A stretch of DNA of 64,000 nt, from assembly GCA_964564035.1 (NCBI GenBank), contig CAZLZN010000001.1, positions 14,845 to 78,844 on the forward strand, given 5' to 3'. Positions 28,975-38,640 of this stretch are shown piece by piece. This stretch comes from an uncultured Gammaproteobacteria bacterium (GTDB lineage: Bacteria; Patescibacteriota; Microgenomatia; Levybacterales; UBA12049). The translations under genes were made by a program, and so were the position numbers. A model generated the notes under the pieces. The model was not told where the DNA came from. It ran no database searches and saw only the letters and a program-made list of their open reading frames with translations. The stretch's first letter is position 1. Each line of letters opens with the position of its first letter.

Positions 28975-30069
28975 ATGTCATTCTTACCCTCTTTAGTTTA
29001 TATCCCGTTTATTGCGGCTTTTTTAGCAACAGTTATACTCACGCCTCTGTGTATCCGTCTTATTAAAAAAGCAGGACTTATTGACCACCCGAAGCTTCAC
29101 ATTCATCCGGCAATAATCCACAAAAAACCAACGCCGCGGGGAGGCAGTATTTCGATATTTCTTGGTGCCGCGATTGCCGGACTCCTTGTTCTCCCTATTA
29201 ACAATATCACACTAAGTATTTATTTAGCGGCATTTATAGCGTTGGTAGTCGGCATTGTCGATGACTGGTTAAATGCCAAATCCAAAGACGTCCCCCCGTC
29301 GCTTAGATTTTTAGCCAACATTCTCACCGCTGTAATAGTTGTCGCGAGCGGTGTCAGTATAAAATTTATTACAAACCCCTTCGGTGGAATTTTGTATCTC
29401 GATATTATCAAAATACCGTTATTCATCCTCCCGTATAGTATTTTATTATCAGATCTTGTTTCGATCTTATGGCTTGTTTGGGTAATGAATATGCTTAACT
29501 GGAGCAAAGGGATCGATGGTCAAATGCCGGGCATCGTTGCAATCTCCGCGATCATAATCGGAATTTTAAGTCTTAGGTTTATTCCGTCCGGAGATTTAGC
29601 ATATATCGATGTCAAGCTTTCATTCATAATCGCGGGGGCATCATTAGCATTTTTAATATATAATTTTTATCCCGCAAAAATATTTCCGGGTTATGGCGCT
29701 ACTTCTCTTTATCTTCTGCTGGGTGTTGTTTCAATTTTATCGGGCGCTAAACTGGCAACTGCAATTTTAGTAATGGGCATCCCGACTGTTGATGCATTAT
29801 TTACAATCGGCAGAAGAATTTATCAAAGACACCACCCCTTCAAAGGCGACAAAAAACATCTTCACCATATTCTTTTACAATTCGGTTTTTCTCAAAGACA
29901 AATTGCATTGTTTTATTGGATAATCTCTGTTATATTAGGTATAGTTTCTTTGACATTACAAAGCGCAAATAAACTATTTGCAATTATAATGTTAATAGTC
30001 ATTACAATAGGTGCGTTATTTTATTTGCATCTCATTGCAAAAAATGAAACAGAGAAAACTCATTCGTGA
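28975..30069 (+). CDS. WecA/TagO-like polyprenyl-phosphate HexNAc-1-P transferase (MraY superfamily)
   Basis: PTPRGG, GIVDD, NWSKGIDG, NFYPAKIF, HLHH. Confidence 0.9.
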   Translation: MSFLPSLVYIPFIAAFLATVILTPLCIRLIKKAGLIDHPKLHIHPAIIHKKPTPRGGSISIFLGAAIAGLLVLPINNITLSIYLAAFIALVVGIVDDWLNAKSKDVPPSLRFLANILTAVIVVASGVSIKFITNPFGGILYLDIIKIPLFILPYSILLSDLVSILWLVWVMNMLNWSKGIDGQMPGIVAISAIIIGILSLRFIPSGDLAYIDVKLSFIIAGASLAFLIYNFYPAKIFPGYGATSLYLLLGVVSILSGAKLATAILVMGIPTVDALFTIGRRIYQRHHPFKGDKKHLHHILLQFGFSQRQIALFYWIISVILGIVSLTLQSANKLFAIIMLIVITIGALFYLHLIAKNETEKTHS

Positions 30070-30982
30070 TTATCTAAGACTTCTTCGTCCGCGGCAGTGG
30101 ACAAAAAACCTGGCTGTTTATGCGGCTATCCTTTTCACCGGTCAACTTTTCTATTATCCTCTTTTCGAAAAAGTTTCCTACGGCTTTCTGATTTTTTGCG
30201 CGATTTCTTCGGCAATCTATATAATTAACGATATTTTTGACATCCAAAAAGATAAACTTCATCCGTTTAAAAAATACCGCCCCCTGGCACATGGGGATAT
30301 CTCCAAAAAATCCGCGATTATATTAGCAGTTACCCTCGCATCAATTTCGCTTATAGGCAGCTACCTTATCGCTCCGCCTTTTTTCCTGATTACCCTGAGT
30401 TATTTAATTCTGCAATTATCATATACAACTGTATTCAAGCATCTCATGATCCTGGACATTTTGGCACTCGCCGGAGGATACATACTCAGAGTATATGCCG
30501 GTGAAGTAGTAAGCGGCGCTCATATTTCTGCCTGGCTACTATTAACAACAATTTCACTCTCGCTATTCTTGGTTATAGGAAAAAGAAAATCCGAACTAAC
30601 CCTTCTGCGATCTCATGTTGGCGCTCAAGTAGCCGCGACCCGAAAAACACTCTCTCATTATTCCGAAGACCTGCTAAGCGTATACGCGTCAATATTTGCT
30701 ACATCAACGTTCATATCGTATGCGCTTTTTACATTTCTGGAAACCCCTCAGGGACCCCCGCTCGCGGGATTCCTGTTCCCGCACGCTTTCAGTATATTCA
30801 TCCAAAAAAAATGGCTAATGCTGACAATCATTCCGGTCGTATATGGCCTAATGCGGTATTTACAAGATATTTACGAAAAACATGAAGGAGAAAGTCCTGA
30901 AAGAGTAATCTTCTCTGATAAACAGCTTTTATCAGCGCTTATAATCTGGGCAGTATTAGTGATAGTTATAATCTACTCCTGA
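30044..30982 (+). CDS. UbiA-family polyprenyl-phosphate phosphoribosyltransferase
   Basis: LRPRQWTKN, YIINDIFD..D.LHP.K..RPLA.G, KRKSEL. Confidence 0.88.
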   Translation: MKQRKLIRDYLRLLRPRQWTKNLAVYAAILFTGQLFYYPLFEKVSYGFLIFCAISSAIYIINDIFDIQKDKLHPFKKYRPLAHGDISKKSAIILAVTLASISLIGSYLIAPPFFLITLSYLILQLSYTTVFKHLMILDILALAGGYILRVYAGEVVSGAHISAWLLLTTISLSLFLVIGKRKSELTLLRSHVGAQVAATRKTLSHYSEDLLSVYASIFATSTFISYALFTFLETPQGPPLAGFLFPHAFSIFIQKKWLMLTIIPVVYGLMRYLQDIYEKHEGESPERVIFSDKQLLSALIIWAVLVIVIIYS

Positions 30983-31029
30983 TTCCTATTGCCTTTAGAT
31001 ATATATTAATAGTACAATATCTTTAGTGT

Positions 31030-32067
31030 ATGAAAAAGATCCTTATAACAGGCGGAACAGGTTTTCTAGGCGTACATCTTGCAAGAAAATTTTTAAAAGA
31101 CAAGCACAAAGTCACCCTTTTTGATATGGCTGATCTGGACGCGCGTGATCTTTTTGGCAAAGTAACAGTCATAAAAGGAGATATTCGAAATAAATCAGCA
31201 GTCGACAAAGCCCTGAAGGGACAGGAGTATGTCGTGCACGCCGCCGCCGCTCTCCCTATCCAATTGACCCAAAAAAGTATCTACAGCGTAAATATTGACG
31301 GCACGCGCAATGTACTACAATCATGTCTGAAACACAAAATTAAAAAAGTAGTATTTATATCATCAACCGCCGTTTACGGTATTCCCAGAGACTTACCCGA
31401 AAAAGAAACCAGCCCGATTGACCCGATCGGTTATTACGGGGAATCAAAAATAGCCGGTGAAAATCTATGCAGAGAATTCGGTAAAAAAGGACTCAAAATA
31501 AATATAATTCGTCCGAAAACTTTCTTGGGAATTGAAAGACTGGGCGTATTTGAATTATGGTTTGAGGCAATTTATTCGGGCAAAAGAGTATATGTCTTGG
31601 GCAATGGCAATAACTTATATCAGCTCCTTGCAGTCACCGATGTCGTGAGCGCGATAGAAAAAGCACTATTCAGCAGGATTAGCGGCGAAACCTTCAATAT
31701 AGGAGCAAAAGAATTCGGTTCATGGCGGGAAGACTTGGGCTATGTCATTTCTAAAACAGGTTCAAAATCACGTATCACCGGCTTGCCTACAATTCCTTCC
31801 CAACTAGCTTTGTCTGTACTTGAAAAACTAAATCTGTCCCCGATAGCCGCGTGGCATTACAAAACAATGCCCGTTGATTCTTATGTTTCTATCGAAAAAG
31901 CCGAAAAACTCCTCGATTGGCATCCCAAAAAATCAAACAAAGAGCTTTTCCTGGAAAGTTATTTATGGTATAAAAAAAACAGGGACAAAGTTATAAACCG
32001 CGTCGGCAACACACACCGGGTCGGTTGGAACTTCAAAATACTTAACCTGATTTCAAAATTAGGTTAA
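31030..32067 (+). CDS. NAD-dependent epimerase/dehydratase
   Basis: TGGTGFLG, SSTAVYG, YGESK. Confidence 0.92.
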   Translation: MKKILITGGTGFLGVHLARKFLKDKHKVTLFDMADLDARDLFGKVTVIKGDIRNKSAVDKALKGQEYVVHAAAALPIQLTQKSIYSVNIDGTRNVLQSCLKHKIKKVVFISSTAVYGIPRDLPEKETSPIDPIGYYGESKIAGENLCREFGKKGLKINIIRPKTFLGIERLGVFELWFEAIYSGKRVYVLGNGNNLYQLLAVTDVVSAIEKALFSRISGETFNIGAKEFGSWREDLGYVISKTGSKSRITGLPTIPSQLALSVLEKLNLSPIAAWHYKTMPVDSYVSIEKAEKLLDWHPKKSNKELFLESYLWYKKNRDKVINRVGNTHRVGWNFKILNLISKLG

Positions 32068-32095
32068 TTTGGACCATTAATTTTTTTATTTACCT

Positions 32096-32644
32096 ATGAA
32101 CATCGGCTTCGATTTGGATAAAATATTTATTGATACACCTCCGCTTATACCCAAAAAAATAATTGAAAAACTATACAAAAAAAAAGATAATGGAATACTC
32201 TTATACAGAATACCAAGCAAAACAGAACAACTTTTTAGAATGCTGACTCACTGGGATATACTTCGCCAACCCTTGAAAGAAAACTTGGAATTTCTTCACA
32301 GTCTCCCAAAAGACAACAACAGATTTTACCTCATATCAAGCCGCTTCAAATTTCTCGAAAAAAAAACGCAAAACTTAATTAAAAAATACCGTTTCGAAAA
32401 AATATTCAGCGGTATGTATTTTAATTTCAAAAACGATCAGCCGCATCTTTTTAAAAACAAAATAATATCCGATCTCAAACTTGACCTGTACATTGACGAC
32501 GACTTGTCTCTACTCGAATTTGTAGCAAAACACAATCCCAAAACCAAATTTTTCTGGCTCGACACAAATAAAGATAGAACAATTAAGGCGCAGAACATTA
32601 AAAACATCAAAAACTTAACCGAAATTATTCATTTAATCAAATAA
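32096..32644 (+). CDS. HAD-superfamily phosphatase-like protein
   Basis: IGFDLD motif I, ISSR, YIDDD. Confidence 0.75.
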   Translation: MNIGFDLDKIFIDTPPLIPKKIIEKLYKKKDNGILLYRIPSKTEQLFRMLTHWDILRQPLKENLEFLHSLPKDNNRFYLISSRFKFLEKKTQNLIKKYRFEKIFSGMYFNFKNDQPHLFKNKIISDLKLDLYIDDDLSLLEFVAKHNPKTKFFWLDTNKDRTIKAQNIKNIKNLTEIIHLIK

Positions 32645-32648
32645 TATT

Positions 32649-34850
32649 ATGACGACATATGATATTATCTCAGTATTTCAGTGGTGGCTCGTGATCCTTT
32701 TTATCGGTATAATTTATCTCCCTCTTGCCTCAGTGATATTTTCCCGCTTTTTTGATAAGGGCTATATATTCTCCAAGCTAATAGGAATAGCACTTGCTAC
32801 ATATACGGTATTTCTGTTCGGTATTCTCAAAATAATACCGTTCGGTCAAAATTCTTCAATCTTTATAACTCTACTGCTCGCCATAACTATATTCTTTTTA
32901 TTACCCGCGAAATTCAATATTATTTCTTTCTTCAAAGAAAATTGGAAAATATTCCTGCTGGAAGAAATTATCTTTTTATCGGCTCTTTTCTTCTGGAGTT
33001 ATATCCACGGCTTCAATCCCGACATTCATGGACTTGAAAAATACATGGACTACGGCTTTATAAATTCTATCCTGCGCTCGGATTATTTCCCGCCTCTGGA
33101 CATGTGGTTTCCCCCTGAGCCTATTAATTATTATTATTTTGGCCACTTGATCACAGCATTTTTAACCAAAATATCATCCGTCCCGCCGGCTCTGACTTTC
33201 AACATCATGCTTTCAACCCTGTTTGCTTTTTGCTTAGCTCAAACTTTTTCAATCGGAGCAAACCTGTTTTATTTCTCACGCGAAAAAATCGACAGCAAAA
33301 AATTAAAAATTAAACTTTTTATCGCGGGTATGCTGACCGCTATGTTGACAACACTGGGAGGAAATCTGCACATTATTTATGCTTTTTTTGAGCCTTACAA
33401 AGTAGATGACCCGAAACCGGTCTGGGAGCTTGCTTTTAATCCTTTAAATTTTCCCAACTCCTATTGGTATCCAAACGCCACGCGCTATATCTACAATACT
33501 ATTCATGAATTCCCCGCGTACTCCTGGGTCGTTGCCGACGTTCACGGCCATGTTTTGGATATTCCGTTTGTCCTGCTGCTCATTGCGCTGCTGCTGAGTA
33601 TTTTCATAAAATCCGATCAAACAGACAACAAAAATAATACTACTACAAAATTCGGACTTTTATTACAAAACGCCAGAATAAAACAATTCACGAAGCTCTT
33701 TCTCCTTCATCCATTTTGGATTGTACTCTTAGGATTTATATTGGCTATCATGTATATGACTAATGCCTGGGATGGAGCGATATATCTGCTTTTAACGGCG
33801 CTGGTTATTTTGTATCTAATTTATGAGAAACAGAAAAAATTATCCATACCGGTTTTCCTGATACGCGCGGTTGTACCGGTCATACTTATCGCGTCATCTT
33901 TCCTGCTTTTTACACTTCCTTATAATTTATTTTTCAAACCCTTTGCGTCCGGTATTGGGATTTTATGCAGTCCTGAATTCCTGACGAAAATCGGTAAATT
34001 TGGTCCATTTTTATTCGAAAAAGATCATTGTCAGCATTCTTATCTCTGGGAGCTGTTGATGCTTTATGGATTCTTTTATTTTTTTGTAATACTATTTATA
34101 ATCTACCTGAATTTTACCAAAAAAATCCGCCGGATAGATTCTTTCGTACTAATACTCATTGCGCTTTCGACCCTGCTCATTATTTTACCCGAATTTATTT
34201 ATGTCAAAGATATATATCCGGGGCACTACCGCGCGAATACCATGTTCAAACTCGTCTTCCAAGCCTTCATCATGCTCTCAATATCAAGCGTTTATATTAT
34301 TTCGGTACTTTCTCAAACGAAATATAAAATTCCTTTCTTATTCTCCTCGATCATTCTGATCGCGCTTGTTATGACTTATCCGTATCTCGCTATTCCTTCA
34401 TATTACGGAGATTTCAAAAATTATAAAGGTCTAAATGGCACTACCTATCTGAATAATTTGTATCCGGACGACTACGCCGCGATACTATGGCTCAACGCGT
34501 ACATTGATGGCCAGCCTGTTATTCTGGAAGCGCAAGGCGATTCATATACCGACTATGCCAGAGTTTCCGCGAACACCGGACTGCCGACAGTACTCGGATG
34601 GACCGTTCACGAATGGCTATGGCGCGGAGATTATAGCGTGCCTGCTCCGAGAATTACCGACGTAGCAACGCTTTATGAAACACAAGATCTCAAAAAAACA
34701 CAAGAGCTTCTCGAAAAATATAAGGTCGAATATGTTTTTATCGGTAATTTGGAAAAAGAAAAATATCCGAATCTTTTTGAAGACAAATTCAGCTCGCTTG
34801 GCAAAATAGTATATCAGCGAAATAATACCAAGATCTACAAAGTTTTATAA
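32649..34850 (+). CDS. DUF2298 (YYY-motif) membrane protein, GT-C-like
   Basis: EKYMD, INYYYFGH, IHEFP, DVHGH, NTMFK, TGLPTVLGW..HE. Confidence 0.85.
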   Translation: MTTYDIISVFQWWLVILFIGIIYLPLASVIFSRFFDKGYIFSKLIGIALATYTVFLFGILKIIPFGQNSSIFITLLLAITIFFLLPAKFNIISFFKENWKIFLLEEIIFLSALFFWSYIHGFNPDIHGLEKYMDYGFINSILRSDYFPPLDMWFPPEPINYYYFGHLITAFLTKISSVPPALTFNIMLSTLFAFCLAQTFSIGANLFYFSREKIDSKKLKIKLFIAGMLTAMLTTLGGNLHIIYAFFEPYKVDDPKPVWELAFNPLNFPNSYWYPNATRYIYNTIHEFPAYSWVVADVHGHVLDIPFVLLLIALLLSIFIKSDQTDNKNNTTTKFGLLLQNARIKQFTKLFLLHPFWIVLLGFILAIMYMTNAWDGAIYLLLTALVILYLIYEKQKKLSIPVFLIRAVVPVILIASSFLLFTLPYNLFFKPFASGIGILCSPEFLTKIGKFGPFLFEKDHCQHSYLWELLMLYGFFYFFVILFIIYLNFTKKIRRIDSFVLILIALSTLLIILPEFIYVKDIYPGHYRANTMFKLVFQAFIMLSISSVYIISVLSQTKYKIPFLFSSIILIALVMTYPYLAIPSYYGDFKNYKGLNGTTYLNNLYPDDYAAILWLNAYIDGQPVILEAQGDSYTDYARVSANTGLPTVLGWTVHEWLWRGDYSVPAPRITDVATLYETQDLKKTQELLEKYKVEYVFIGNLEKEKYPNLFEDKFSSLGKIVYQRNNTKIYKVL

Positions 34851-35990
34851 ACTGGGCTTTGGGGTTACAGTCGGAGCTGTTGAACAATTTCCCCGCTCTA
34901 TCTCACACTTCACATACTCCCGAATATCCGAATAATCTCCGTTTCCCGCTTTCGGGATAAGTATCCACTGATTTCTGTACTCGGCGCCGGTCGGAGGATT
35001 GATGAGTAACCCTTCACGTTCGGAAGCATAGTCGCCTGTATCTATAATGGCACTGCGTATTTCCGACTTCTGGAATTTCTGAGCAAGTCTGACAAAATCA
35101 TCATATTCTTCCTCCTTGATATCGGTAGCGATACTGTCCTTGATTACGTCAATTATATCCATGACATTAACCGGATTAAGCAGTAGATTTAATGAAAAAA
35201 CCTTATCTTTTATAGCCGAAATTACCCGCTCTTGCCTTTTTGACCTCGCGAAATCCGACCCCTCGGGTCCGAGCGCATGCCTTGACCTCACATACTTCAG
35301 CGCTGTTTCCCCATCCATTTGCACAATGCCCTGATCAAAATGCAGATGCTCATACCGGCACGGAAATGATTCCGATTCTGTAGCGCTCCCGGTCGCGATC
35401 TGCGCGGAAAGAGACGCGATTATCGTCTCGTCAAAACCGCAGGATTCATCTTCTTTTCCGGTAATAGGATATGCATAATCATCAAAAGATCTTTCAACAT
35501 TTACATCCAGACCCCCCATTTTATCAATTGCCTTAACAAACCCATCAAAATCAATTTTAACCGCGTAATCAATATCTTGTCCCAAAATTCTGGAAACCAT
35601 TGCCTTGGCAAGCACTAACCCGCCGCCCTTATCTTTCTCTTCGCCATAAACATATGCTGTATTAATTTTCGCGGAAATCTCAGGCACCCACATATCACGC
35701 GGCAGAGAAACAAGAACAGCCTCCTGTTTTTTGGGGTCAATTGTCGCAAATATTATTGTATCTGTCAGATCAGGCCCTTCATGTACGCCTCCCCCCACAC
35801 CCAAGAGCAATACATTGATTCTCTTTTCCTCAGCCTGCTTCAGTTCGATCTTATCATTTGTAACCACTTGGACACCGATAGTCAGATATTTCCACAACCT
35901 GACTCCCGCAACGGCTCCGATTATAATTATAAATATTACGAGTACCAGTAGTACTTTTTTCAAACTCTTGCTCTCTTTTTGGGTAGGCAT
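34845..35990 (-). CDS. LCP (LytR-CpsA-Psr) family glycopolymer ligase
   Basis: NVLLLG, LTDTI, SLPRD, KINTAY, YVRSR, DFARSKRQ. Confidence 0.93.
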   Translation of the reverse strand: MPTQKESKSLKKVLLVLVIFIIIIGAVAGVRLWKYLTIGVQVVTNDKIELKQAEEKRINVLLLGVGGGVHEGPDLTDTIIFATIDPKKQEAVLVSLPRDMWVPEISAKINTAYVYGEEKDKGGGLVLAKAMVSRILGQDIDYAVKIDFDGFVKAIDKMGGLDVNVERSFDDYAYPITGKEDESCGFDETIIASLSAQIATGSATESESFPCRYEHLHFDQGIVQMDGETALKYVRSRHALGPEGSDFARSKRQERVISAIKDKVFSLNLLLNPVNVMDIIDVIKDSIATDIKEEEYDDFVRLAQKFQKSEIRSAIIDTGDYASEREGLLINPPTGAEYRNQWILIPKAGNGDYSDIREYVKCEIERGNCSTAPTVTPKPSL

Positions 35991-35994
35991 AAAA

Positions 35995-36711
35995 TTAAAA
36001 TGAAGCTTCTTTTACTAGTGCTGCAAACTTGACCGGATCCAAACTGGCACCTCCGACCAAAACGCCGCTGATCGTATCTTTTTGAATATAACTCTGAATT
36101 ATCTCCGAATTAACACTGCCGCCATAAACTACATCTTCAATAGCTGCATGTTTACTCTTTACTAATCCGGCTACTCTATGCGCGTTATCCGGCGTATCCG
36201 GATTACCTGTTCCGATAGCGCTCGGCGGCTCATATGCAACCAGTTTTACGCCATTTGGTATTTGCGTATTTTCGTCCTGAATACAGTATATCGGAGTCAG
36301 ACCGTTCTTAAGTGCTTGCTCTGTTTTCTTGAAAATCAGATCATCACTTTCCCCCAAATTCCGCCGCCTTTCAGAATGTCCGATTATTACATAATCTCCG
36401 AACTCTTTAATTTGTCGGGCATTTATCTCGCCGGTATAAGCACCCGCTTCAAATGGAGAAATATCCTGCGCGCCAATCTTAAACGGAAGCTTTTTATCTT
36501 CGATCAATTTTTTAAGCGTGGAAAAGAGAGTAAACGGCGGACAAATTATAACTTCTTTTTCACTAACCTCGTCCGATTGCCCGATCTTATCTTTTAGGAG
36601 AAGCGCGTTGTTGATAAAGACCTCAATATTTGATTCCTCATCAAACCATCTGTTGGTTTCCTCAACTGTCATGTTTGATTTCCAGTTTGCGATGATAAAC
36701 ACCTTCTTCAT
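35995..36711 (-). CDS. tpiA: Triosephosphate isomerase
   Basis: ANWKSN, IIGHSERR, AYEPPSAIG, YGGSV, LVGGASL. Confidence 0.95.
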   Translation of the reverse strand: MKKVFIIANWKSNMTVEETNRWFDEESNIEVFINNALLLKDKIGQSDEVSEKEVIICPPFTLFSTLKKLIEDKKLPFKIGAQDISPFEAGAYTGEINARQIKEFGDYVIIGHSERRRNLGESDDLIFKKTEQALKNGLTPIYCIQDENTQIPNGVKLVAYEPPSAIGTGNPDTPDNAHRVAGLVKSKHAAIEDVVYGGSVNSEIIQSYIQKDTISGVLVGGASLDPVKFAALVKEASF

Positions 36712-36753
36712 GTGGTAAAATTTTATGTACTCTCTGTTCCATTATTATACTCT

Positions 36754-38640
36754 ATGAAAGATATATTACTCAAGGAATTAAACCCCATGCAAAAAGAAGC
36801 AGTTACCCACACTGATGGCCCGACCATTATCCTGGCAGGTGCGGGAAGCGGCAAGACACGAGTTCTTACCTATAAAATCGCGTATTTACTCCTCGAAAAA
36901 AATATCCCCGCGGAATCAATTCTCGCAGTCACATTCACCAATAAAGCCGCGAACGAAATGAAAGAACGAATAAAAAAAACTATTCATTCATTTCCTGAAT
37001 ACAAAAAATATATTGGCAACCCGTGGATTTCGACTTTTCATTCGCTCTGCGCCAAAATACTGCGCCTGAACGGTCAATACATCGGATACTCTCCTAAATT
37101 CGCGATATACGACAGCCACGATCAGCTGGAAGTTGTAAAAACCGCCATGAATAAATTATTCATTTCTGTCAGAGACTTCAAACCTGCCTCCATTCATGCA
37201 GTTATTTCTCAAATAAAAAATGAACTTATCACGCCTGAAGAATATCCTTCTTTTGCTAGGGGCTATTTCCAGGAAGCTGTCGCCAAAATATATCCTCTAT
37301 ACCAGAAAATTCTGAAAGAAAGCGACGCACTCGATTTTGACGACTTGATCATGCAAACCATAAAGCTCTTCAAAGAAAACGAAGCTGTCTTAAACAAATA
37401 TCAAACTATGTTTCAATATATTCTGATCGACGAATACCAGGACACAAACAGAGCGCAGTACTTGCTGACTCGTCTTTTAAGCGCCAAATATCAAAATATA
37501 TGCGTTGTCGGTGATTTTAGCCAAAGCATATACAGTTGGCGAGGCGCTGATTACCGCAATCTGATCAAATTCAAAGATGATTTTAAAAATACCCGCACTT
37601 TCACACTTGAACAAAATTATAGATCCACCCAAACAATACTTGATTGTGCCTCGGCTGTCGTTTCCAAAAATACATCTCACCCCGTTCTCAAGCTTTGGAC
37701 CGAGAATCCCGGAGGAGAAGAAATTGAAATTTATGAAGCCGACAACGAAGAAGATGAAGCGCTTTTTATAATACGCAAAATAATTGAATTAAACATCAAA
37801 AATCTGCACGAAGTCGCTGTTCTTTACCGCACAAATGCTCAGTCACGCGTCTTGGAAGAAGCACTTCTGCATCATTCCGTTCCCTACGTACTAGTAGGCG
37901 GTACGCGCTTTTATGAACGCCGTGAAATCAAAGATATACTTGCCTATCTCCGCCTTATAGAAAATCCCAAAGACGTGATATCATACCGCCGCGCGGAAAA
38001 ACTCGGCAAAGGAAGGCTCGCTAAATTCCTGGAATTTCAATCAGCCGTCACACCTCAGTTAATAAATGCTCAGGGCGCGAACGAAATCCAAAAACAACAG
38101 GAAAAACCGAAAACAATCGATATCCTGGATGGCGTACTTAGAGCTACAAAATATTTGGATCTTTACGACGAAAAAATAGAAGAAGACAGGATGCGCCTCG
38201 AAAATATCAAAGAGCTCAGATCTGTCGCGATCAGGTTTCCGGATCTTACTGATTTTCTGGAAAACGTCGCTCTTGTCGAGCAGGAATATTCTTCAAATCG
38301 GACAAAATCGGATCAGGACCCCAAATCGGACTATGACAAAAAAAACGCTATTACACTGATGACTCTTCACGCCGCCAAAGGACTCGAGTTTCCATATGTA
38401 TTCATGATCGGTATGGAAGAAGGATTGTTTCCGCACAGCAGAAGCATCAATGACCGCCTGGAGATGGAAGAGGAAAGAAGACTCTGCTATGTCGGTATGA
38501 CCCGGGCCAAGGATAAGCTTTTTCTGACACATGCCAGACGGAGATTATTTTTCGGAAGCAGAACCATGAACACCATCTCCCGATTCATCTTCGACCTCCC
38601 GGAAGATCTAATAATCAAAAAAGAAGCCTTTGACTTCTAA
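36754..38640 (+). CDS. pcrA: UvrD/PcrA family helicase
   Basis: AGAGSGKT, DEYQD, QNYRS, TLHAAKGLEF, EERRLCYVGMTRA. Confidence 0.95.
   Translation: MKDILLKELNPMQKEAVTHTDGPTIILAGAGSGKTRVLTYKIAYLLLEKNIPAESILAVTFTNKAANEMKERIKKTIHSFPEYKKYIGNPWISTFHSLCAKILRLNGQYIGYSPKFAIYDSHDQLEVVKTAMNKLFISVRDFKPASIHAVISQIKNELITPEEYPSFARGYFQEAVAKIYPLYQKILKESDALDFDDLIMQTIKLFKENEAVLNKYQTMFQYILIDEYQDTNRAQYLLTRLLSAKYQNICVVGDFSQSIYSWRGADYRNLIKFKDDFKNTRTFTLEQNYRSTQTILDCASAVVSKNTSHPVLKLWTENPGGEEIEIYEADNEEDEALFIIRKIIELNIKNLHEVAVLYRTNAQSRVLEEALLHHSVPYVLVGGTRFYERREIKDILAYLRLIENPKDVISYRRAEKLGKGRLAKFLEFQSAVTPQLINAQGANEIQKQQEKPKTIDILDGVLRATKYLDLYDEKIEEDRMRLENIKELRSVAIRFPDLTDFLENVALVEQEYSSNRTKSDQDPKSDYDKKNAITLMTLHAAKGLEFPYVFMIGMEEGLFPHSRSINDRLEMEEERRLCYVGMTRAKDKLFLTHARRRLFFGSRTMNTISRFIFDLPEDLIIKKEAFDF
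38570..38639 (+). repeat. Direct repeat 1 (last 70 bp of pcrA)
   Basis: Matches 40509-40580 except for a 2-bp insertion in that copy. Confidence 0.95.
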
